Source: a virus | Reading direction: 5' to 3' (one strand) | Length of the DNA stretch: 55,660 nucleotides | IMG/VR virus record: IMGVR_UViG_3300028794_000001 | Coordinates: 1-55,660 of that record | Shown: piece by piece, positions 40,099-49,249 of the stretch | Position numbering within the stretch: the first letter of the stretch is position 1 | Layout: every line of letters begins with the position of its first letter | Translations under genes and position numbers: made by a program | The notes under the pieces: generated by a model | The model's database searches: none | What the model saw: only the letters and a program-made list of their open reading frames with translations | Told to the model about the DNA's origin: nothing

Positions 40099-41603
40099 GG
40101 AACCCCCATACCAGCCGCGGCTTCGGTGAAGACGCGCTCGAGCGCCTTCGCGTTTTCGTCGGCGATCATCTTGGAGAAGCGATCAGCGCTGACCCCCATC
40201 GGCGAGGCCTCGACGGTCGTGGTTATGCTCGGGCTAAAGACGAGTCCCGGCCTTTGGCCGCCACTGCTGACCCCCGCCGCCGCAGCGGGGGAGGCCGCGC
40301 CCCCGCCAAACAACCGCCCGACACCCCCGAACATCTCTTGAGCCAGGCCGCGGTTGACGTTCATCACCGTGCCGGCCGCCGATTCGATTTTCGAACCTTT
40401 TTGGAGACCAAGCACGTCCTGGAAGAACTTGTCCGAGGACATCTCTCCCTTGAGGTAACGCCACGAGGATTGGAGATCCCCCATCACGCGCAGGCCGACT
40501 TTCAGCCACGTCAACCAATCAGGATCGGTCGGGTGAGGCTCGGTCAAATCGTCCAGCAGCTTGACCCATTTTTCTCCCCAGCGCTGGGTAAGTGATTCGC
40601 CCCCGGTGAGGAATTGATAGATGTCCTCGACGACCAGCGCCACGATTGCCGCGAGCGCAAACCACGCCAGCCCGATTGCGGTCGAGCTGCTCGCAAGGTT
40701 CTTGAACCCCTTGTACAGCTCGGGCAGCTGGCCGACGATCCCGCCGATTGCGTTCCCGACCTGCGACGCAAGCACAATCGCAAGGGCGATAAGCGCCGCG
40801 CGCAGCACCCAGGTATTGGTGGCCAGGTACTTGACGATCTCGACGAAGGGCTTCGCGAGTTGCCAGAGGTTCTTGAGCGCGCGAGCTACCAGCCCCAGCG
40901 CGGCATGCACGCGCGCGGCGATCAGCTTCCGGTTCACCTTCATCCACTCGATGAAGACGTTCACCGCTTTGGTAAGAGGCTCGAGCAGCGGCTTCGCGAT
41001 GGTGTAGGCCAACCCGCGGAACGATGCGTTCGCGACGTCGATCCGGTCGCCCAGCTCGTCGGTCGCCTTGATCGTGCTCTCGTCCAGCACGAGCCCGAGG
41101 TCATCGAACTCTTGAGCGAGCTGCGCGATCTTCTCGGAGCCTTCGCGCAGGAACGGCACGAGTGCGGCACCGCTGCGCCCGAAGCGCTCCATTGCGAGCT
41201 TCGCCGCTTCAGCGCCCTTCCCCTTTTCGGTGAGCGCCTTGATCTTGTCGGCGACCTTCGAGATCTCAGCGCCGACGTCCTTCACCCCGTTCTTGCGAAC
41301 GGCGAAATTCATCGCCTGCGCCAGCTCTTCGAAGCCCACCCCCGACAGTGACGCCACGTGGCCGAGCTTCTGCAGGTCCGTGGTAGCCGTGCCGGTGCGC
41401 GCGGCGAGATCGTTGATCTTCGACCCGTAATCGACGGTCGATTTGACCATCCCCGCCAGCGCGACGGTCAGCCCTCCCGCCACTGCGCCGATGGCCAGCA
41501 GGCCCGTCTTGAGCCCGCCTATAGCTGCGACGGCATGCCCCAGGCCCGACTCGTCGACGTCGATCCCCAGCTTGGCGAACAGCTCGGTTACTGGCACCGA
41601 CAC
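40095..41603 (-). CDS. Tail tape measure protein (502 aa)
   Basis: GSKINDLAARTGTATTDLQKLGHVASLSGVGFEELAQAMNF core, helical with hydrophobic segments, positioned after the chaperone pair. Confidence 0.85.
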   Translation of the reverse strand: MSVPVTELFAKLGIDVDESGLGHAVAAIGGLKTGLLAIGAVAGGLTVALAGMVKSTVDYGSKINDLAARTGTATTDLQKLGHVASLSGVGFEELAQAMNFAVRKNGVKDVGAEISKVADKIKALTEKGKGAEAAKLAMERFGRSGAALVPFLREGSEKIAQLAQEFDDLGLVLDESTIKATDELGDRIDVANASFRGLAYTIAKPLLEPLTKAVNVFIEWMKVNRKLIAARVHAALGLVARALKNLWQLAKPFVEIVKYLATNTWVLRAALIALAIVLASQVGNAIGGIVGQLPELYKGFKNLASSSTAIGLAWFALAAIVALVVEDIYQFLTGGESLTQRWGEKWVKLLDDLTEPHPTDPDWLTWLKVGLRVMGDLQSSWRYLKGEMSSDKFFQDVLGLQKGSKIESAAGTVMNVNRGLAQEMFGGVGRLFGGGAASPAAAAGVSSGGQRPGLVFSPSITTTVEASPMGVSADRFSKMIADENAKALERVFTEAAAGMGVP

Positions 41604-41607
41604 AGGG

Positions 41608-41886
41608 TCACCTCTCCGGGAGCGAGTCTACCGCCGCGCTCGCCCGCTTGCGAGCGTCGGCCAGGGCGTCAAACGCCTCGTTCATGTTGGCGACATCCTC
41701 CAGGGAGTACCAGGTCTGCACTTCCTGAAGCGTGGCTAGGCGCTCGAGGACGAGTCGGTAGCAGGCCCAGCGCTCTTCAAGCTCTCCGGAAACGCGAACT
41801 TCCGCACCGCCGCTCTCACCAGGTCGCCCACGGCGCTTGGCAAGGCGGCTTCGGAAAAACCGAAGTTGAGCCCCACCGCGGCCCAA
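41608..41886 (-). CDS. Downstream (-1) frame of the tail assembly chaperone (gpT-like part)
   Basis: No plausible own start. It overlaps the last 150 nt of 41736..42275 in the -1 frame. The protein-like part is ELEERWACYRLVLERLATLQEVQTWYSLEDVANMNEAF. Confidence 0.5.
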   Translation of the reverse strand: MGRGGAQLRFFRSRLAKRRGRPGESGGAEVRVSGELEERWACYRLVLERLATLQEVQTWYSLEDVANMNEAFDALADARKRASAAVDSLPER

Positions 41887-42275
41887 AGCACCGGGAAGAT
41901 CGCGAACACGCGACCCGAGAACAGGATGTCGAAGTTCGTGAAGTTCGATCCCTTCATCTTCCCGAGCAGCGCGCCGACCGCTCCCGGTTCGTCGCCCTCC
42001 GCGGCGCGCGTGAAGGTTGACTCGGCCAAGAGCTTCTCGCGCAGCGCGCGGAACTCCGCCGCGGGCAGGTGCTTGAAGAGCTGCTCGAGCGCCTCCGGAA
42101 ACACCTTCAGGTCCAGCTCGTTCCCGTCGTTCTCGAGCGCGCGAATGAACGTCCCGAACGCCGGACCGAGGGCGCTCGACAGGCGGTACATCACATCGCT
42201 CGCTTCGGTGGCGGGAAGCGCCTTGATTGTCACGGTCAAGCGTTCGTCGATCTGCACTTCTTTCGTCTTCAGCAT
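41736..42275 (-). CDS. Tail assembly chaperone (gpG-like)
   Basis: Lies between the tube and tape measure genes. 179 aa. Confidence 0.7.
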   Translation of the reverse strand: MLKTKEVQIDERLTVTIKALPATEASDVMYRLSSALGPAFGTFIRALENDGNELDLKVFPEALEQLFKHLPAAEFRALREKLLAESTFTRAAEGDEPGAVGALLGKMKGSNFTNFDILFSGRVFAIFPVLWAAVGLNFGFSEAALPSAVGDLVRAAVRKFAFPESLKSAGPATDSSSSA

Positions 42276-42286
42276 GAAACCCCCGG

Positions 42287-42341
42287 GTAAAGAAACGCCG
42301 CGTCCCGATTCGGTAGATCGGGACCTCCCGGCTTTACCGGG
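42287..42341 (-). terminator. Tandem hairpins plus T-rich tract after the tube gene
   Basis: Minus strand: CCCGG-TAAAG-CCGGG, then GTCCCGAT-CTACCGA-ATCGGGAC, followed by GCGGCGTTTCTTTACC. Confidence 0.45.
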
Positions 42342-42371
42342 CGCTCTCCTCTGAGCTAACGCGGCACAAAG

Positions 42372-42797
42372 CTACGGCGTCGCACCGCCGTGGAATTCGA
42401 TCCACTCCTCGCCGTCGATCACCCACTCGCGCTCGCCCGCGTCCTTCGCGAAGGCTGCATGTGGGCGGTCGGAAATCCAGGCGTTCTTGGAGCTGAGGAG
42501 GGTTGTCCCGTTCGCGTCCTTGACCATGAAGGGAAGCACGCCGGACCCGGTGAGCTGGTCCGCCGCCGCCACAGCGGAAAGGAAGTCGTTGACCTGGGAC
42601 GACTGCAGGCACGACAGCTTGAACGAGCCGCTGCGGTTGCGCGAGCGCACGCGCACGACCTCGCCGCTGGCGCCGACCTTCTTCGTGAACAGCACGTCGG
42701 CCGGGTCGAACTCGAGGAACGAGTCCTCTCCGAAGCCCGGCGTCAAAGCCAAGCTCCCGAAGGTCACAATCACAGCGCCGGGGTCGTAGGTCTTCAT
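42372..42797 (-). CDS. Tail tube protein (DUF3277-like)
   Basis: MKTYDPGAVIVTFGSLALTPGFGEDSFLEF... and its position immediately after the sheath gene. Confidence 0.8.
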   Translation of the reverse strand: MKTYDPGAVIVTFGSLALTPGFGEDSFLEFDPADVLFTKKVGASGEVVRVRSRNRSGSFKLSCLQSSQVNDFLSAVAAADQLTGSGVLPFMVKDANGTTLLSSKNAWISDRPHAAFAKDAGEREWVIDGEEWIEFHGGATP

Positions 42798-42825
42798 CGG
42801 GTCGGTGTCCTTGAACTGGGTTGAA

Positions 42826-44187
42826 TTACTCGACCAGCGTGCCGCGGATCGTAGTCTGCAGGATCGCGCCGGCCAGCGTCGCGATGAATACGACGTCGTT
42901 CAGGGTGCGCGCCGCCTTGTCTGCGTCGGACACGTCGGCGACGTCCGGCACGTTGACCACGGGCGCCGGACTGGCGGAGAGGAACTTGGACTTGACCGAG
43001 ACCGTGCCGGAGAACAGCTCCCCGCGCACCGCCGATTGGATCGCGCCGATGCCGTCGTTCGTGAAGGCGAGCTTGTCGCTGCCCGAGATCACGTCGTAGG
43101 CCGCCGCCTGGATGTTGGTGATCAGCGCCTCGCTGCCGATGATGATGTCGACCCACTCCCCGCCGGCGGTCTTCCCATTGCGCGTGCGCCCGACGAGTCC
43201 GAGCCGCTCGTAGATCCCGATGTTGCGCGAGGTGAGGTTCGCGCGCTGGGTCGACGTGAGCGAGTAGTAGTCGACGCCCGCCAGGTTCTTGTCGCTCCAA
43301 GTCGCCGAGCCCGGGTCGGTGGGCAGGAGGCGGCCTGCCTCCGCCGCGCCGAAGAACTTGTCGTTCTGAGGGTGGTAGACCAGCCGCGTCTTGGTGTACC
43401 CGTTCGCCTTCAGGTACTCGCCCACGTCGTCGGTCCCGCTGATGGTGTTCTGAGCGTTCAGGCTGTCCTGCGTCTGGCACAGGGCGAGCTTCTTGTTCGC
43501 TTGCGCGTAGACCGCCAGCGCGGTGTTGATCACCTTCGAATGCCAGGGCGCGCAGACCGCGTACCAATCGTTGTCGAACACGGCGATGGCGGCGAGGTCC
43601 GCGGCGAGGCCGGGGTCCGTGGTGTCCTCGAGCACGGCCAGCCGGTCGTACATCACAGGCTCGACCTTCACGGAGAGGAACGTGCCCGCGGCCATGTCAA
43701 GGTCGAGATCCGTCGCGCCGTCGGTCGTGGTGATCCCGGAGATGGACAGGGCAGTGATGTCCGACTCCAGCCCGGTGTTGATCTCCTGCGCGGTCCCGCT
43801 TCCGTCAGAGGTGTAGGCGATGGGGTTGCCGTTCACCTCGAAAGCGTAGTCGGTCGTGTTGCCCGCGACCGGGGTGATCTTGAATGAAGGCGCGGCGCGG
43901 TTCAGGCACTTGCCGACCTTCACCCGATCCGGACAGGGGTTCTGCGCGAAGAAAGCGGTAGCGATCAGGACTTCGGGGCCGGTCGCGCTGAAGCCATCGG
44001 TCACCATGTCGTCGGTGTTCTCGTACTCGCGCACGCGATCCGCGAAGAGCTGGTGCGAGGAAAGGATCAACGGAATCCCATACCCCACGCGCGGGAAGCC
44101 CGCTCCGGAGATCGAGATCGTGACGTCAACGATGCTGGAAATGGGCACGTGCGCGCTCCGTGAGTAAAGACCCCCGGAGCCTAGCAA
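42826..44187 (-). CDS. Tail sheath protein (DUF3383-like)
   Basis: 453 aa. N-terminal ...VPISSIVDVTISISGAG pattern. Precedes the tube gene. Confidence 0.8.
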   Translation of the reverse strand: MLGSGGLYSRSAHVPISSIVDVTISISGAGFPRVGYGIPLILSSHQLFADRVREYENTDDMVTDGFSATGPEVLIATAFFAQNPCPDRVKVGKCLNRAAPSFKITPVAGNTTDYAFEVNGNPIAYTSDGSGTAQEINTGLESDITALSISGITTTDGATDLDLDMAAGTFLSVKVEPVMYDRLAVLEDTTDPGLAADLAAIAVFDNDWYAVCAPWHSKVINTALAVYAQANKKLALCQTQDSLNAQNTISGTDDVGEYLKANGYTKTRLVYHPQNDKFFGAAEAGRLLPTDPGSATWSDKNLAGVDYYSLTSTQRANLTSRNIGIYERLGLVGRTRNGKTAGGEWVDIIIGSEALITNIQAAAYDVISGSDKLAFTNDGIGAIQSAVRGELFSGTVSVKSKFLSASPAPVVNVPDVADVSDADKAARTLNDVVFIATLAGAILQTTIRGTLVE

Positions 44188-44203
44188 GGCCGGGAGCGGT
44201 TGG

Positions 44204-44773
44204 CTAGACGACTACGTCATCGGTGTCGAAGGTCCGGGCGATGTCGATTCCGCCGGGGTTATCCAGGGTTCCGGAACCGGTCACCCGTTCGATGAAGGGG
44301 GTCACCTCAGAGATGGTCTCGGCGACGTAGAAGCCGACGACCAGCAGAGCGCGTCCCTCAAAGTCGGCGTCAAGCACGGTGGACACCTCGCGCACGAGCC
44401 CGCGGTCATAGGGGGAGAGGCCGACCGCGCGCAGCGCCGCGCGCACGGAAGGGAGCGCGAGAGAGGCTTGCACCTGGGAGAGCACCGAGCGCGCAGCGGT
44501 TGAGCCCGTCGTTCCCGTAGTGGACGCCTGGATGCTGAGCGGGAGCGCGCGCTGCCCGACGACCGTTGTGGTGAGGGTGCCGGAGCCGGCGGGGTTGTAC
44601 GCGCGGCGGCGCTCGTCGGTAGCGCCCAACGAAACGAGGTCCCCGAACGCCAGGGTGATGAGCGGGCGCGCGGGCTTCTGCCCGTTCTGCCGCGCCCAGA
44701 TCACGTTGTAGCCTGACGCTTGGGCCTTCACCCAAGCTGCGACCGCGCTCTGGATTGTGGACCAGGCGATCAT
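44204..44773 (-). CDS. Neck / tail terminator-like protein
   Basis: Lies immediately upstream of the sheath gene. Product: MIAWSTIQSAVAAWVKAQ...VIWARQNGQKPARPLITL. Confidence 0.55.
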   Translation of the reverse strand: MIAWSTIQSAVAAWVKAQASGYNVIWARQNGQKPARPLITLAFGDLVSLGATDERRRAYNPAGSGTLTTTVVGQRALPLSIQASTTGTTGSTAARSVLSQVQASLALPSVRAALRAVGLSPYDRGLVREVSTVLDADFEGRALLVVGFYVAETISEVTPFIERVTGSGTLDNPGGIDIARTFDTDDVVV

Positions 44774-45526
44774 CTAGGGGTTGAAGACGCGAGCGCTGAA
44801 GGTCCCGGAAGCAGGGTCGCATGATGTCCCGGCCTGGCAGCAATGCCGAACGCTGACGGTATCGGTGGCCGAGACCCACCCCTGAAACTGCGACCCTGCC
44901 GCCATCGAAGCGTTCGGGACGCCGATAGAGACCTCGGTTCCGGCGGTCGCCCCGGTGGCTGTGATCGTAAGGTCCGCGGAACACGCCCCGACAAGCGCGC
45001 TTGCGAAGTCGAGCGTCCCTGTGCCGCGAATGGACGCGCTGATCAGCGTTCCGGTCAAACCTACTTTTAGTGTTCCGGTCTGAAGCGCCCCGTCACAATC
45101 AGTCCCTGTCGTGTTGCCCACACATACCGCGTCGTCGTCGAATAGACGCAGTTGATATGTGCTGGTGTCGTTGGTGATGTAGTTAAACTGTCCGCGCACA
45201 TACAAAATCCCCGTCGATTCCAGATACGAGGGCACAGTCAACCCGGTGATAGTAGAGCCCGAAGTAGCGACCGTGAGCGAGGTCCCTGTAAGGGTCAACG
45301 TCGTCCCGTTGCTGCTGAAATACTTCGAGCCGGTGGCGCCGTCGAGGTTGAACCGGGCCCCCTGGGTCATCTCAAACGCGCTGGTGCCGGTCCCCGCTTG
45401 GGCAACGTACTTCAGAGCGGTCGCGCTGGTAGACGGGGTGATAGGCGGCGGGTACAGCGCGGCCCCGCCCTCCTGCGCAGCGGCGGGCAGCGCAAGGCAA
45501 AGCAGCGCCAGAGCGAACGCACGCAT
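44774..45526 (-). CDS. Secreted protein (Sec signal peptide), T/G-rich beta protein
   Basis: MRAFALALLCLALPAAAQ-EGG signal peptide. The mature part is rich in T/G/S with 7 Cys. Tightly coupled to its neighbours. Confidence 0.65.
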   Translation of the reverse strand: MRAFALALLCLALPAAAQEGGAALYPPPITPSTSATALKYVAQAGTGTSAFEMTQGARFNLDGATGSKYFSSNGTTLTLTGTSLTVATSGSTITGLTVPSYLESTGILYVRGQFNYITNDTSTYQLRLFDDDAVCVGNTTGTDCDGALQTGTLKVGLTGTLISASIRGTGTLDFASALVGACSADLTITATGATAGTEVSIGVPNASMAAGSQFQGWVSATDTVSVRHCCQAGTSCDPASGTFSARVFNP

Positions 45527-45906
45527 TACGGGACCTCCAACACGCGCGTCGCAGCGCCTGCGTCTTGCCCGGCTGTGAGCGCGGCGCAGAACATCCGTGG
45601 CGCACCGGCGACGTACATCGCGCCGCCCGCGACAATCTCAATCCCGACGGTTGTCGCTCCGCTCCCGCCATCCGCCTGCGCGCCGGTGGTCACCTTCACC
45701 GAGTAGAGCCCGCCGTTCTGAATCAGCGCGCCGCGCCGGGTCGGGTGGCGCACCAGCAGCTCGGTCGAACCCGCGTCCGCGGGGCAGATGAACTCCTCCG
45801 TGAAGTCGCCCGCCGCTGCGCGCGCGGGCTCGGAGGGGAGCGCGAGCAACGCGCACGTCGCCAGCGCGATGAACCCGACCACTCGAACCGTCGTCTTCCA
45901 GCTCAT
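45526..45906 (-). CDS. Secreted small protein (Sec signal peptide)
   Basis: MSWKTTVRVVGFIALATCALLALPSEPARA-AAGD. 1-nt TAATG overlap with the next gene. Confidence 0.6.
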   Translation of the reverse strand: MSWKTTVRVVGFIALATCALLALPSEPARAAAGDFTEEFICPADAGSTELLVRHPTRRGALIQNGGLYSVKVTTGAQADGGSGATTVGIEIVAGGAMYVAGAPRMFCAALTAGQDAGAATRVLEVP

Positions 45907-45907
45907 G

Positions 45908-46264
45908 TCAGCCTCCGACCTTCAGCAAGGTCGCCTTGTAGTAGCTGCCCAGCGTACCCCAAGCCTCGACGTTGGACACCTCCCAGGTGTCCCCATCGGC
46001 GGCGAGCGTGTCGGGCTCCCCGACGTCGCACCGCAACAGCGTGGGCGTAAAGAAGACCCGCGCCTCGCGCGTCCGCATGCCCTCAGGCAGGCGCTGCAGG
46101 TCGCGCCCGCTGGCGGGTTGAAGCGAACCGGTCGCGCTCAGCGTCGAAGTCGTGGGCGCTGTCAGAAGCCCGTCCGTGTCGTAGGCCGAAGCGGTCCGTC
46201 GGGTCACGGTGTACGTGCCCGAGCTGAGCGCCAGCACTACGGAGGACAGGTCCATCAGGCTCAT
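45908..46264 (-). CDS. Head-tail joining protein (head-closure/stopper-like)
   Basis: Position in the connector cluster. Pattern: LQRLPEGMRTREARVFFT...DTWEVSNVEAW. Confidence 0.55.
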   Translation of the reverse strand: MSLMDLSSVVLALSSGTYTVTRRTASAYDTDGLLTAPTTSTLSATGSLQPASGRDLQRLPEGMRTREARVFFTPTLLRCDVGEPDTLAADGDTWEVSNVEAWGTLGSYYKATLLKVGG

Positions 46265-46413
46265 CGAAATCTCGAGGCGGCGCAGTGAATCCAGCCGATT
46301 GAACTCTTCACCTTCAGCACGCCTCGCGCCGCGGTTCGGAACACGTTGTAGATCTCACCCTCGATCAGGTAACCCTCGAACCCCTCGGCATCGACACAGA
46401 TCTTCTCGGTCAT
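46261..46413 (-). CDS. Small hypothetical protein (50 aa)
   Basis: ATGA overlaps at both ends. Product: MTEKICVDAEGFEGYLIEGEIYNVFRTAARGVLKVKSSIGWIHCAASRFR. Not in the ORF track. Confidence 0.45.
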   Translation of the reverse strand: MTEKICVDAEGFEGYLIEGEIYNVFRTAARGVLKVKSSIGWIHCAASRFR

Positions 46414-46922
46414 TCGTCACCTCGTAGCACGACCGCCGAGCTGATGCTGTTCACGAGTTGCCCGGTGTCCACCAACGGGCGGGAGCTTCCCTTGCGGTCA
46501 ATCGTCTCCTGCTTAAGGGGCGGCGGAATCCCGTCGCCCGTGGTGACCCTCCGCTTCATGTCGTTCTCGATCTGCAATCCGATCAGCTTCAGCCCCGCCT
46601 CAATCGTCCCGCGCCCTTCGTACACCCCGCGCACGACGTTGCGCAGCTGGCTCATGTACTTCGGCTTGTTCGCCTCGAAGGTCGCCCGGATGAAGCTGCG
46701 CTCTGGGATGTTCGCCGAGGGCGCGCCGAACTCGTGAATCGCCGCCAGCTGGGTGTTGGTGATCGGCTTCCCGTTCACCTCGCCGTGCTCTTCCTCCGCC
46801 TTCGCGCCGATCACGCCCGCCTTCACGTACGCGCCCTGATCGCGAATCGCCTTCAGCACATGCCCGAGCTTGTCGAAGCCCCGGTCGATCTCGCGAACGC
46901 TAAACTTGACGCGGGTTTTCAC
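46410..46922 (-). CDS. HK97 gp10-like tail completion / neck protein
   Basis: I moved the start to GTG 46922 (GTGA overlap). AAIHEFGAPSANIPERSFIRATF matches the gp10-family HEFG...P.RPF pattern. Confidence 0.7.
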   Translation of the reverse strand: MKTRVKFSVREIDRGFDKLGHVLKAIRDQGAYVKAGVIGAKAEEEHGEVNGKPITNTQLAAIHEFGAPSANIPERSFIRATFEANKPKYMSQLRNVVRGVYEGRGTIEAGLKLIGLQIENDMKRRVTTGDGIPPPLKQETIDRKGSSRPLVDTGQLVNSISSAVVLRGDE

Positions 46923-47284
46923 GGGACCCAGGGCCCCCCGAAGCTCAGCCGCTTCAGACGCAGGTACTCCTTGCCGTACCCGGTGGAGTCGAGTGGGTTC
47001 GAGCCCTGCGCCACGCTGAGCGCGTACATCCGGGAGACGCTCCCGACGGTCTCGCTCTGCACCGGTCCGCGCGCGCCCGCGTTCTGAGCGGACGCCATCG
47101 CACCCAGATGCGCGGCGAGCGCGCGGCGCGCGCGGTCCGCCTTGGCCGTGCTGGGCCAAGTCGCGTCGTGGATCTCCTCGTCGTTGACCTGCGCAAGGAT
47201 GTCGTTCTGCGTCCCGACGGCGAGCGCCGCAAGCGCCGCGTCCCCGGGGTACGCCGTCGTGACTTGAGCCCACGTGATGCTCAT
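46919..47284 (-). CDS. Head-tail connector (gp6/DUF4054-like)
   Basis: First gene after the capsid terminator. Sequence ...STGYGKEYLRLKRL. Family recalled from memory. Confidence 0.6.
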   Translation of the reverse strand: MSITWAQVTTAYPGDAALAALAVGTQNDILAQVNDEEIHDATWPSTAKADRARRALAAHLGAMASAQNAGARGPVQSETVGSVSRMYALSVAQGSNPLDSTGYGKEYLRLKRLSFGGPWVP

Positions 47285-47295
47285 CTAGGACCTCC

Positions 47296-47333
47296 AAAAA
47301 GAAAAACGCCGCGCTCCGGGGGGGACGCGCGGC
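47296..47333 (-). terminator. Rho-independent terminator after the major capsid gene
   Basis: Minus strand: GCCGCGCGTC-CCCCC-GGAGCGCGGC (10-bp stem) followed by GTTTTTCTTTTTGG. Confidence 0.7.
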
Positions 47334-47371
47334 GCCGAGGTGCGGAGCGCGAGCGCCCCCGTCCTCTCCGA

Positions 47372-48307
47372 CTAGGCCGGGGTGATACCATCCCCATAAA
47401 TTACGGACTTGGGATACGGAGCTACCACACCGCCGGTCTTCAGGCGAGCGTTGACCACGTAGACGAAGTTCTTCTGCTGGGGCGCCAGCTGCTCGTACTC
47501 GATGGACATCAGCAGGTGGAGGTTCTGCAGCTTGGGATCGTACGCGACCATCCGACCGTCGCTCGACCCGCCTGCGGCGGAGTTGCGCTCCCACCCGACA
47601 ACCTCGACGTCGGTCCGGGTGCCCTTGAAGAACTCCAGGATCGTGGTGTCGCTGGTCGAGCTGCGCGCGGTGTTGCTGATGTACTGCAGCGCCGCGGTCG
47701 GCAGCACGAGCCGCTTGGGGGACTCGACTTCCTTCGTGTCGGTGATCACCTGGGAGATCATCCCGTTCATGTCCCGGAGGATCTGATCGGGAGTCTTCGT
47801 GGTCCAGAGCTTCGAAGAGCCCGTACCGTCAGCGGGGACCGTGTAGGTCGCCGTGCTGGCGATGTTGAGCAGCCCCTTCAGGCCAAACGTGCTGTCGCCA
47901 GTGGCGCAGACGTCGTCGAGGTACTGCGCCAGACCCTGGCGGGTGGCGTAGGCGCGCTCGCGCTCGAGCGGGCGCCCGCCCTTCATCGCGGCCTGGATCT
48001 CATCGAGGGAGTAGCTGAACGCGAGGCCGAAGCTGCGCAGGGAAAAGCTGAACTCAGTTCCCTTGGTGTTGGCCAGCGGCAGGTCATCCGCCATGTCGAT
48101 CATCGGCGCCGGCTTCGCCCGCCAGTCGTACTGACGGTAAGTGTACGTCTCGGCCCCTGCGGCGAGCTGCTTGGTGGGCAGGAACTTCCGGCCCTTCAGC
48201 TCGGCGTACTTCACATCGAAGGACTCCGCCGCGATCTCCTCCAGCTGGCGCTGGAAAAAGACGTTCTCGGCGGCGTCGAGCGACTCGATCTTTCGGTAAT
48301 GGAACAT
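47372..48307 (-). CDS. Major capsid protein (DUF2184 / encapsulin-like HK97 fold)
   Basis: FFQRQLEEIAAESFDVKYAELKGRKFLP...GAETYTYRQYDWRAKPAPMIDMADDLP is typical of this capsid family. Followed by a strong terminator. Confidence 0.88.
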   Translation of the reverse strand: MFHYRKIESLDAAENVFFQRQLEEIAAESFDVKYAELKGRKFLPTKQLAAGAETYTYRQYDWRAKPAPMIDMADDLPLANTKGTEFSFSLRSFGLAFSYSLDEIQAAMKGGRPLERERAYATRQGLAQYLDDVCATGDSTFGLKGLLNIASTATYTVPADGTGSSKLWTTKTPDQILRDMNGMISQVITDTKEVESPKRLVLPTAALQYISNTARSSTSDTTILEFFKGTRTDVEVVGWERNSAAGGSSDGRMVAYDPKLQNLHLLMSIEYEQLAPQQKNFVYVVNARLKTGGVVAPYPKSVIYGDGITPA

Positions 48308-48346
48308 GGCGTTTCGGGTCCTTGCTGTGAGAGGGGCTGCGAAGGG

Positions 48347-49213
48347 TTACGCGTAGGTCAGCTTGAGGGTAGCGGGCTTCGCCCCGTTGACCTGAACAAC
48401 GACGAGCGTGTCTTCGGCGACGGTGTTGGCGACCGCGACCTGGAACAGCCCGGCCGAGGTGGAAGTCATCCATGCGAAGGTGGGCGCGTTGGTCGCGGCG
48501 GAAGCGCGGTTCAGCGTCCCGTTCCCGCCGTCGGTGAGCGCGCCTTGGCCGGCGGTCACAGGGACGGCCGTGATGAAGACCTCCTTCGTCGCGGACACCG
48601 CCTTGCCCCGCTTGTCGGTGATCACGCCCGAGACGGTGATCGAGTTGGAGGCCTCGGCGGCCGCGGTCAGGGTGACCAGCAGCTCAACCTCATCGGCCTG
48701 CTCGCTCGCCCAGTTGACCGCGGCGTCGAACTCGACCAGCGCAGGCTGAGTGGTGGTCCCGCCGAAGAGCACGCGAGCGCCGGGCACCAGAACGCACTTG
48801 CCCGAGTCGCTGTCATTGCGGATCTTCCCGAGCTGGGTGTTGCTCCCGCCATCGGAAGTGATCCGGCAGTAGACCGAGTCGCCAACGGCCATCGTCTCTT
48901 CGACGGCCATGTAGACCCGGCCCCACTCGGCCACGTTGCAGGCCGCGCCGGACTTGATCGCAGCCTCGCCCGTGAGCGAATCTGGATCGCGCGCGAAGCT
49001 GTTCACCACGATCCCGGCGATAGTGTCGCCAGCGTCCGCGGGGAGATCGCACTTCTTGTACTGCCCGGACTCGGACTTGAAGGCGACGAACACGCCCGAC
49101 GGGATGTCCGCGCCCTGGTCATTGACGTACGTGCCCAGGCGTCTCGGACCGGTATCGCCGAGCTGGCCCGAAAACGCGCCGGAGAAAGAGCGGGAGTAGG
49201 TGGTCTGCGACAT
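48347..49213 (-). CDS. Head decoration protein (DUF2190-like N-terminus) with Ig-like C-terminal domain
   Basis: Lies between the scaffold and capsid genes. IPSGVFVAFKSESGQYKKCDLPADAGDTIAGIVVN pattern, then a T/A/V-rich beta domain. Confidence 0.68.
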   Translation of the reverse strand: MSQTTYSRSFSGAFSGQLGDTGPRRLGTYVNDQGADIPSGVFVAFKSESGQYKKCDLPADAGDTIAGIVVNSFARDPDSLTGEAAIKSGAACNVAEWGRVYMAVEETMAVGDSVYCRITSDGGSNTQLGKIRNDSDSGKCVLVPGARVLFGGTTTQPALVEFDAAVNWASEQADEVELLVTLTAAAEASNSITVSGVITDKRGKAVSATKEVFITAVPVTAGQGALTDGGNGTLNRASAATNAPTFAWMTSTSAGLFQVAVANTVAEDTLVVVQVNGAKPATLKLTYA

Positions 49214-49249
49214 GGTCGGCTGTCCTTGTTCGTGAAAGGCGAGAGTGGG

